Assembly: GCA_010909165.1 (NCBI GenBank) | Contig: MU008179.1 | Span: 558,001-622,000, forward strand | DNA from: Anthoceros angustus | Lineage: Eukaryota; Plantae; Anthocerotophyta | Length of the DNA stretch: 64,000 bases | Direction: 5' to 3' | In this document: one piece after another, positions 1 to 8,928 of the stretch | Layout of the letters: each line of letters begins with the position of its first letter | Numbering within the stretch: the stretch's first letter is position 1 | The notes under the pieces: model-generated | The model's input: the letters and a program-made list of their open reading frames with translations, nothing else | What the model was told of the DNA's origin: nothing | The model's database searches: none | Program-made: the position numbers and the translations under genes

Positions 1-354
1 AGCAGCCGCATACGCCCGCACCATGCTTCCGGATATGGAACAAGGGTTGAGAGATGCAGGTTGTGCGATAAAGGACTTCAGCTACGTCCGAATATCGGAA
101 GGACAACGTACCCACACCTCCCACGTGCGCCATGTCTCCGAGTCCCGAACAATATTCGCAAGATCCGTTTTGGTCTTGCACCGTGTCCCGACGCCATCCT
201 TCAGACAATCCCGTTTTGGAAGGGGCTTCCTTGGTCAGGAACCAGACCTGTTCGCCCATAATATGGTTTAAAGCCTTTTGACCCATAATATGTTCTGCGC
301 CTCTCCCAAGGTGGCTCCTGCAGCAAAGTGCACTTTGCCTCGGCTCACAACTGC

Positions 355-402
355 ATTGAAGGCTGTCAATATTAAAATATTGAAGGCTGTCAATATTAAA
401 AT
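355..402 (+). repeat. 24-bp direct tandem duplication ATTGAAGGCTGTCAATATTAAAAT x2
   Basis: Read directly; recurs in every unit (~30970, ~38590, ~44958). Confidence 0.9.
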
Positions 403-630
403 GATGTACGCAGGCATGATGTAGGTATCAGGGAGGCAGATATGCCTGCAATGCATGTCAGTGGCCGCAGATTGGTGAACTTGTTGGTTAGCCCTGAAAG
501 CTGCAAGCAGAACAAGGAGAAGGTATGTGGGCAAGGGCCCCGCCTACGTGGCCAGAACTTGGGGGGCCCCTTGCCCAGCCAGATTGAATAAAAGTCTTCT
601 CAGCTTATCTGCATACTCAAAGGCCCCAGC

Positions 631-853
631 AAAGCTGCAATTGCAAGCAGGAAGCCCGGGCGCAAAGCGAGCATGGCTGCATATGAGATATTTTGTTGCG
701 TGGAAAGCGAGAGTCAGATACACGTAGGGAAAGTCCTCTTCAAAGCTGCAATTGCCCTTGCAAGCAGGAAGCCCGGGCGCAAAGCCAGCATGGCGGCCCA
801 TGGGATTACATGATTTGATGCGTGGAATTTGAAAGCATGGGTCAGATACATGG
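631..853 (+). promoter_or_regulatory. Two ~111-bp imperfect tandem repeats upstream of the truncated GLP, homologous to a single block upstream of the full GLP
   Basis: AAAGCTGCAATTGC..AAGCAGGAAGCCCGGGCGCAAAGC..GCATGG..GCGTGGAA..TCAGATACA at 631-741 and 742-853; one homologous block at 29334-29415. Regulatory role is inferred from position only. Confidence 0.55.
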
Positions 854-1174
854 AGGGTCGAGACTCAAAGTATTGGAATAGAACATCCTAGATAGATGGG
901 CACATCCCAGATGTGAACAGTCACGCCCTTTCGGGGTGACTACAAAAGGCACAACGTACCCAAGGCATTGACTCTTTCCTAATCATTCTTCCTTCTCCTC
1001 CATCCCTCTCCACATACGCATAGATTGATCTGCCTGATTTCCTATACAAAGCGCACATGAACATTGCACACTGCACAGGCTCGTAAGCCAACGAACTGGT
1101 ACAAAAGCGGGCCGTTGGTCACTGCATTCCAGGTATCCAGCCACGTCATCTCCTCTCGTCGTCTGGATCGAGCC

Positions 1175-1362
1175 ATGGCCGCATCCCGGCTCCTGCAGCG
1201 GCGACGGTCGCAGGCGACGCGGAACTGGCGCTGGACTTCTGCGTAACGGACCCGCCGTCCGGCAACTCCATCCGGCCCACCGGAGGCGCCTGCACCATGG
1301 CCGCATCCCGGCTCCTGTTCCTGGCCCTGGCCATGGCAGCAGCAGCCATGCTCCCAGGCGAC
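1175..1362 (+). pseudogene. Truncated germin-like 5' fragments (two tandem signal-peptide pieces), unit A
   Basis: ATG1175 piece has a deletion in the signal peptide then GDAELALDFCVTDPPSGNSIRPTGGACT; ATG1297 piece is MAASRLLFLALAMAAAAMLPGD; both are paralogous to the full GLP N-terminus MAASQLLFLAVAMAAAALVAGDAEVVVDFCVTDPAPGNSIRPTGSPCK. Confidence 0.9.
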
Positions 1363-1392
1363 TTTCTGCTCATTATACTCCTTCCACCGCAG

Positions 1393-4073
1393 GCTGTCAA
1401 GTTCAAGGCTTTTCAAAAGTTTGCAAATACGCTAATACGGCGGAAGCACTTGCGGCAGCCACCGCTATTGTGGACGGCAAGGTATCCAAGGGTCTCAAAG
1501 TTTTTGAAGAAGGAAGTGCGAGGGGCACACTCGCTACTGCCGATTCAAGACTGGCCAAAATCGTCAGCGATAAATTTGTAAAGATAATTGGCATTCTCGC
1601 GTCAGTTGATTCACTGGAGTCCCAGTGACAACATGGTCATAATCTTCAGGACGTGCTTTCTGGTTTGACTGTCACACAACACCAATTGTATATATAACAG
1701 CGCAGTCATGGACCTCATGAGAGGAGTCCGCTCACAGCTAGCTGCGCTCATTAGTGGACTTGCAGGACAACACATGGGTGCCATGAGTCTTGGGCTCTCG
1801 CACAGCCTGTCCAGATACGAACTCAAATTTAGTCCTGATAAGGTGCGGACCTGGGATGACCTTGTAGCGATTAGGTGGAGTTGGAATGCCAGGATCGGGT
1901 TTCCTTGTTAATTATTCTGTCTTTTCTGATGTTTCTTGCTCGTTTAAGAATAGCGTCCAAGCTGAGTTCTCTTTGTTGTTTTGGTCATGGCGTTTCAGGT
2001 GGACACCATGATTGTCCAGGCTATTGGGCTTCTAGATGATTTGGATAAGGAATTGAATACATATGCTATGCGTGTTCGGGAATGGTATGGGTGGCACTTT
2101 CCAGAGCTGGGAAACATTGTTCAGGACAGCATTAAGTACGCAAAAGTAGTGAACTTGATGGGCAGTAGAGAGTGTGGGCGAAATCGACGTCTCCGGAGTA
2201 AGAACTTGCCCCTGCTGCATTGCATGCACTTGGTCTTGGTTGCTGGTCAGTTGACGTTGATTCAGCGCATGATGATGTGCTTGCTTTGCAGATTTTAGAG
2301 GAGGAGGTTGAGGCGGAATGAAGGAAGCTGCTAACGTCTCCATGGGCACAGCAGTTAGTCGGCACGATATGTTAAATATCAAAGCTCTTTGTGACCAAGT
2401 CATAGCCCTTGCAGAATACTGAGGCCAGTTATATGATTATCTGCGAACCAGAATGATTACCATTGCACCCAATCTAACTACAATGGTGGGAGAGCTTGTT
2501 GGTGCCCGGTTGATCGCACATGCTGGGAGTCTTATCAACCTTGCCAAGCAACCAGCCAGTACTGTGCAGATCTTGGGTGCGGAAAAGGCGTGTCGCTGGT
2601 CTTGCAGTTGTGTCTGGCGGCCAAGGAGATGTGTGAGGGTGCGGTGAAGGCTTTGCAGGCTGAGGTGGCGCGGCTGACTGATGAGGCGGAGAGGAGCAGG
2701 TCGGAGATGGAGGAAAGGGATAGAGCTCGCTGGTCTGCTGAACAGAAGTCTGAAATGGCGGGGCAGGTGCGGGAGCAAGGGCACCGTGAGTCCGTCGCTG
2801 AGCAGCAGGTGCTTGTTATGAGTAGGAAGGTTGACAGCTGGTCTGCAGCTGTTTTGTGGTTATTTGGTTTTACGTCTTGACTTATGCTTGTGCCATCTGT
2901 GATGCAGGCTCTCTTCAGGGCTCTGAAGACAAAGCATGAGACTCCAAAATATGGATTGATCTTTCATGCTTCACTCATTGGGCAGGCTCCCCGAAATTCG
3001 AAGGAAAATTGCTCGCGTTCTTGCTGCCAAATCTGCCCTGTCAACCCGTGTTGATGCTTTGGGAGATGATTCGAACTGCAGTATCGGTCTTGAAGATAGG
3101 CTGAAGGTTTGTGCTTTCTTACTGCAGCTGTGTCTGGATGAGAGTGGCTTGCGAGGTTCACAGTTCATCCGTGGAACTTGCATTAGGGTCCCGACGTTGT
3201 GACGTGTATTTTTATCATGTCTGATATCAGGTGGAGGCCCGCCTAAGGAGTTTAGAGGAGAGCCCTGAAAAGTTAAGTGGGGCCTCTAAGGGAATGCTAA
3301 GATTGAGGCATATGACAAGGACCGAAAGAAGGATGCTCCGGGCCTGATAACCGCTGCCAAGGTATATCTGCCTTTGAGCTCTCCTCTGCATGTTGAGAGA
3401 AACCAGAAGGAAAAGCCTGTTCTTTTAGTTAGGAGCTGCTGGGCCCCTATTGCTGTGATCTTCATGTGGGTTACCTACCTACCAGTGATGTCACCTAGGT
3501 GTTGTACCAGTGAGTGCAACTTTGTTGTGGCATGGCTAACCTAAGATTATGGTTTTCTTCAGTCATACAGCCCAGCAGCCGACTCCACTGTGGGGCTGCC
3601 GCAGCCTGCGGAGACAGCAAGTGGTCAAGAAAAGAAGAAGAAGAAGAAGCGTGAGCCGAAGAACCAGCAGCAGCGCCAGTAGCAGCTATTGAACCAGCTC
3701 CAGAAGAACCTCCGAAGAAGAAGCAGAGGAAACCCGCAGTAGAAGAGGTTGTGGTGACTCCGGTGCCCGAGGAGCAACCGAAGGTTCTGTCTCGGTTCCT
3801 GTCTCTTGTTTAACCCCCGATACCCCCTACTCACGTCCTTCGTGTTCTAAGTCTGTATTTCGCATGTCTCCAGAAGAAGAAGAAAGAGAAGGCTGCTGCT
3901 GCGACTGCCGTGGCAACTCCAACGCCACCAGTTGCAGACCAACAGCAGCCTGTGAAGGTGGTTGTCTTACCTCTTGTTGCTTTTGTCGCTGTATTCATCC
4001 ATGAGAACTTGATCAACGTTCCCGCCCAAATAGTGCGCCTCATTAACCCTGGGTTCCTTCTCCTCAGCAGAGC
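1393..4073 (+). pseudogene. NOP58: NOP58 (box C/D snoRNP core protein) pseudogene, unit A, lacking exon 1 and cut by copia at the last acceptor
   Basis: Exons ~1393-1577, ~1683-1842, 1999-2197, 2292-2587, 2908-3106, 3231-3361, 3563-3783, 3874-3957 give MDLMRGVRSQL..SLGLSHSLSRYELKFSPDK|[67 protein letters not shown]|[23 protein letters not shown] and a K/E-rich tail; in-frame TGA at 2420-2422. Confidence 0.95.
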
Positions 4074-4279
4074 TGTAGAGGTTATGGCTATTAGAGCCCT
4101 AGTTAGGGCACGTTTGAAGATTATACTTTGATTATTACTTAAGTTAATGTGATATGAATAGGCATCTTAGATTCAGTTTTTATAACTACTTTTATATGGT
4201 CTTCAAAACATTATCTTGGTTCACTTTTTCAATTCATACACTCTTTGTTCTACGCTTCGTAAATCCATGTGCCTTCACA
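4074..4279 (+). repeat. Copia 5' LTR (~206 bp)
   Basis: TGTAGAGGTTATGG...GTGCCTTCACA; homologous to 6068, 28117, 48675, 50806 and 63095. Confidence 0.95.
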
Positions 4280-4287
4280 TGGTATCG
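4280..4287 (+). promoter_or_regulatory. Primer-binding site, tRNA-iMet type
   Basis: TGGTATC(G/A) directly after the LTR CA here and at 6280, 48883, 51012; matches the start of the canonical plant TGGTATCAGAGC PBS. Confidence 0.85.
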
Positions 4288-4924
4288 ATCATACAATCTC
4301 TTATGTCAATTTGTAGCATGTTGTTCAAATGCTAGCAAAATGCCTAGGCAGTAGAATTTCTAGGCACTTAATTGAAGATTACCAGTCTAGTAGCCAAAGA
4401 AACCCTCATCGGGTACAACAAATTTATAGACTGCACCTAGACATTGCGGATGTAATCCAAGATTGGAATCCATCATCGACACTAGACAAACTAGTTATCA
4501 ATCCACACGAGCCTTCGAATTACATATAGAGGCCATAGAATCCTGTCAACTCCAAATTTGGGCATTTCTTCAAGACTTTGAGAAGTGTCACCGTCTAGCA
4601 GCATCGAACTTCATTAAGTTGATCACTCCAAGGCAATCAGAAATAACCAACCTGCACAGGGTATTACACCATTTAGATCAAAAGGTCTCACAACTTTTTA
4701 GATTGAATCATAAGGCAATGCGTAATAGAAAGAAAAATAGCTACAAATGGGAATGTACCCAATATCCAATGTATGGAAAATATGTTGTCTAATCTTGCTG
4801 TAAATGAGTTGTCGGGTCTAGATTCTGATTAGGATTAGGTTAGAAATCCTGGATGTGGTCACCCCCACACAGAACGTATAAACACATCAAATATCCTCAA
4901 ACAAATGTTTCTCCACCCTCAAAC

Positions 4925-5712
4925 ATGGCCTCAGCAAACACCTCCTCAACTACCTCAGCAAATACCTCCACGACAACAACAACAATCAACAACAGAATTA
5001 AGATTGATTTTAAGGAAAAAGACACATTCTCAGGAACCGATTACGACATTTGGTCCATGCGTATGCGCTCCATTCTTGAGGACAATGACCTCACGGGCGA
5101 TCCACGGATGGCACTTATCCCAAACTGTCACAACAAGAACAAATCCGATCGTAGTGGTTAGCGGCATGGGAGAAGACCGATAGAAAAGCAAGAAATGTGA
5201 TCTTATCGGACTTGATAGGACCACGCTCATCACGTGGCCGGTCAGATGCGCCATAGCATGGACCAACTGAACCAACTCTACGATAGATGCAATGAGCGTA
5301 ATAAATGCAACAAGGCATTTTACCAAATGCGAGATGGGTGAAAGTGGTATTTCCGAACACATAAAGAAGTTCGAGGCAGCAGGCTCGATTGGCATCTTGT
5401 GGGATGACGTTGATCGAGGCTCAAGCGACCATAGCTTTGCTAAGTTCTCTTGGACGATTATCATTACCTTCAAGGCGACACAAAATGGAGTCATAAAACA
5501 AGCACAACTTGCGCCAAAAGGGGCAAGGTTGGATTTCACCACATCGGAAGTAATTGGGGCTCTCATAGAGGAAGAAGCCACACGTGGTCGGTTGTCACAT
5601 CAAATGCTACCATTGAGGTCAAGCTCTCTTTGTAGTACGGAGGGAGGGCGAGGGGCGTGGGAGGCCATCCTCCTTACAACAACAGGCCATCTTCATCATC
5701 TTGACTGGGAGG
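4925..5712 (+). pseudogene. Copia gag, frameshifted, first duplicate
   Basis: MASANTSS..FSGTDYDIWSMRMRSILEDNDL, WEKTDRKARNVIL, SEHIKKF: typical copia gag N-terminal motifs. Confidence 0.85.
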
Positions 5713-6067
5713 AAGAAGCAGAGGAAACCCGCAGTAGAAGAGGTTGTGGTGACTCCGGTGCCCGAGGAGCAACCGAAGGTTCTGTCTCAGTTCCTGTCTC
5801 TTGTTTAACCCCGATACCCCCTACTCACGTCCTTCGTGTTCTAAGTCTGTATTTCGCATGTCTCCAGAAGAAGAAGAAAGAGAAGGCTGCTGCTGCGACT
5901 GCCGTGGCAACTCGAACGCCACCAGTTGCAGACCAACAGCAGCCTGTGAAGGTGGTTGTCTTACCTCTTGTTGCTTTTGTCGTTGTATTCATCCATGAGA
6001 ACTTGATCAACGTTCCTGCCCAAATAGTGCGCCTCATTAACCCTGAGTTCCTTCTCCTCGGCAGAGT
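5713..6067 (+). repeat. Duplicated NOP58 tail segment inside copia (start of a ~2-kb local tandem duplication)
   Basis: Matches ~3715-4073; junction at shared GAAGAAGC (5712-5719); period 1994 bp (LTR 4074 vs 6068). Confidence 0.9.
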
Positions 6068-6279
6068 TGTAGAGGTTATGGCTATTAGAGCCCTAGTTAG
6101 GGCACGTTTGAAGATTATACTTTGATTATTACTTAAGTTACTGTGATATGAATAGGCATCTTAGATTAAGTTTTTATAACTACTTTTATATGCTCTTCAA
6201 AAACATTGTCTTGGTTCACTTTTTTTTCAATTCATACACTCTTTGTTCTACGCTTCCGTGAAATCCATGTGCCTTCACA
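6068..6279 (+). repeat. Duplicated copia LTR followed by PBS
   Basis: TGTAGAGG...CCTTCACA then TGGTATCGAG; preceded by AGAGT (TSD variant). Confidence 0.92.
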
Positions 6280-6908
6280 TGGTATCGAGTCATACAATCT
6301 CTTATGTCAATTTGTAGCATGTTGTTCAAATGCTAGCAAAATGCCTAAACGGTAAATTTCTAGGCACTTAATTGAAGATTACCAGGTCTAGTAGCCAAAG
6401 AAACCCTCATCGGGTACAACAAATTTATAGACTGCACCTAGACATTGCGGATGTAATCCAAGATTGGAATCCATCATCGACTAGACAAACTAGTTATCAA
6501 TCCACACGAGCCTTGAATTACATATAGAGGCCATAGAATCCTGTCAACTCCAAATTTGGGCATTTCTTCAAGACTTTGAGAAGTGTCACCGTAAACATCG
6601 AACTTCATGAAGTTGATCACTCCAAGGCAATCAAATAACCAACACACATTACACCATTTAGATCAAAAGGTCTCACAACTTTTTAGATTGAATCATAAGG
6701 CAATGCGAATAGAAAGAAAAATAGCTACAAATGGGAATGTACCCAATATCCAATGTATGGAAAATATGTTGTCTAATCTTGCTGTAAATGAGTTGTCGGG
6801 TCTAGATTACGATTAGGATTAGGTTAGAAATCACGGATGTGGTCACCCCACACGAGGCATTATAAACACATCAAATATCCTCAAACAAATGTTTCTCCAC
6901 CCTCAAAC

Positions 6909-8853
6909 ATGGCCTCGGCAAACACCTCCTCAACTACCTCGTAAATACCTCCACGACAACAACAACAATCAACAACGAATTAAGATTGATTTTAAGGAAA
7001 AATGATTCTCGAGGCGATTCGACATTTGGTCCATGCGTATCGTTCCATTCTTGAGGACAATGACCTGCGGGCGATCACGGATGGCACTTATCCCAAACTG
7101 TCTACAAGAACAAATCCGATCGGCCAGTTTGGCGCATGGGAGAAGACCGATAGAAAAGCAAGAAATGTGATCTTATACGGACTTGATAGGACCCTTTGCT
7201 CATCACGTGGCGGGGGCTGTAGATGCGACCATAGCATGGACCAACTGAACCAACTCTACGATGAGATGCAATGGCGTAATAAATGCAACAAAGGCATTTT
7301 ACCAAATGCAGATGGGTGAAAGTGAAGCTGTTTCCGAACACATAAAGAAGTTCAGGGCAGCACGGGCTCGATTGGCATCTTGTAGGATGACGTTGACTGA
7401 GGCTCAAGCAGCCATAGCTTTGCTAAGTTCTCTTCCCGACAGTTATCGTACCTTCAAGACGACACAAAATGGAGTCATAAAGCAAGCACAACTTGCAGCC
7501 AAAAGTGGGCAAGGTTCGGATTTCACCACATCAGAAGTAATTGGGGCTCTCATAGAGGAAGAAGCCACACGTGGTCAAGCTGTCACATCAAATGCTACCA
7601 TTGAGGTCAAGCTCTCTTTGTATGCGAGGCGAGAGGGAGGGCGAGGGGCGTGGGACGAGGCCATCCTCCTTACAACAACAGGCCATCTTCATCATCTTGA
7701 CTGGAGGAAGAAGCCACCATTGGTGCCAAGTAGAAGGCCATTACGAAAAAGAGTGTCAAGAAAGAAAAATAGCTACAAATGGGAATGTACCCAATATCCA
7801 ATGTATGGAAAATATGTTGTCTAATCTTGCTGTAAATGAGTTGTCGGGTCTAGATTACGATTAGGATTAGGTTAGAAATCTGGATGTGGTCACCCCACAC
7901 GAGCGTATAAACACATCAAATATCCTCAAACAAATGTTTCTCCACCCTCAAACATGGCCTCAGAACACCTCCTCAACTACCTCGTAGAAATACCTCCACG
8001 ACAACAACAACAATCAACAACGAATTAAGATTGATTTTAAGGAAAAATGATTCTCGAGGCGATTCGACATTTGGTCCATGCGTATCGTTCCATTCTTGAG
8101 GACAATGACCTCACGGGCGATCCGGATGGCACTTATCCCAAACTGTCACAACAAGAACAAATCCGGCATCGGATGTAGTTTAGCGGCATGGGAGAAGACC
8201 GATGAAAAGCAAGAAATGTGATCTTATACGGACTTGATAGGACCCTTTGCTCATCACGTGTGAGGGGGCTAGATGCAGCCATAGCATGGACCAACTGAAC
8301 CAACTCTACGACGCAGATGCAATGGCGTAATAAATGCAACAAGGCATTTTACCAAATGCGAGATGGGTGAAAGTGAAATTTGTTTCCGAACACATAAAGA
8401 AGTTCGAGGCAGCACGGGCTCGATTGGCATCTTGTGGGATGACGTTGATCGAGGCTCAAGCGACCATAGCTTTGCTAAGTTCTCTTGGCAGATTATCGTA
8501 CCTTCAAGGCGACACAAAATGGAGTCATAAAACAAGCACAACTTGCAGCCAAAAGGGGCAAGGTTGATTTCACCACATCGGAAGTAATTGGGGCTCTCAT
8601 AGAGGAAGAAGCCACACGTGGTCGGTTGTCACATCAAATGCTCACCAGGTCAAGCTCTCTTTGTAGTCACAGTGAGAGGGAGGGCGAGGCGGACGAGGCC
8701 ATCCTCCTTACAACAACAGGCCATCTTCATCATCTTCAGCACCAAGGAGGAAGAAGCACGCCATTGGTGCCAAGTAGAAGGCCATTACGAAAAAGAGTGT
8801 CGTGAAAAAGGCGGAGAGAGCCTAGGAGGACTACCACCTTCAACAAATATTGT
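6909..8853 (+). pseudogene. Copia gag, second and third duplicates (6909-7758; 7954-8853) with CCHC zinc knuckle
   Basis: LLSSLPDSYRTFKTTQ; HWCQVEGHYEKEC (CX2CX4HX4C is complete in the 52465 copy); jump back to the 5' UTR at ~7760 via AGAAAG. Confidence 0.88.
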
Positions 8854-8921
8854 ACAACTGTGGACGGACTCTCCTTGGGGTTAGGAAATAAGCTGGGTTT
8901 GTTTTTTTCGTAGGTATGGAG

Positions 8922-8928
8922 TATAAAA
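8922..8928 (+). promoter_or_regulatory. TATA-like box near the left terminus of the nested element
   Basis: TATAAAA ~63 bp inside the terminus, also at 52635-52641, upstream of the + strand ORF. Function is inferred. Confidence 0.35.

Larger units (their letters stand above)
1..4073 (+). repeat. Tandem unit A (partial) of a ~6.37-kb GLP/NOP58 repeat
   Basis: 1-4073 is near-identical to ~30615-33380 plus 34620-35931, ~38237-42305 and ~44606-48674 (same short ORFs recur in the ORF track at each copy). Confidence 0.95.

Noticed and set aside
1843-2291. Intronic box C/D snoRNAs (NOP58 is a snoRNA host in some eukaryotes); GGGATGA..CTGA in 1843-1998 and ATGATGA near 2270
   Set aside because: Box C is imperfect or has no downstream box D; no terminal stem or recognisable rRNA antisense element. 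A snoRNA scan would be needed.
2411-2430. Recoding or RNA editing of the conserved-position TGA in NOP58
   Set aside because: Nuclear gene with additional shared frameshifts and no exon 1; simple CpG decay is sufficient.
4825-4850. Telomere-like TTAGGATTAGGTTAG
   Set aside because: Two to three degenerate units within the copia 5' UTR; not a TTTAGGG array.
5292-6125. 277-aa ORF joining gag, NOP58 tail and LTR as a novel fusion protein
   Set aside because: Arises across a duplication junction, reads through introns in non-native frames and is not reproduced in copy 2.
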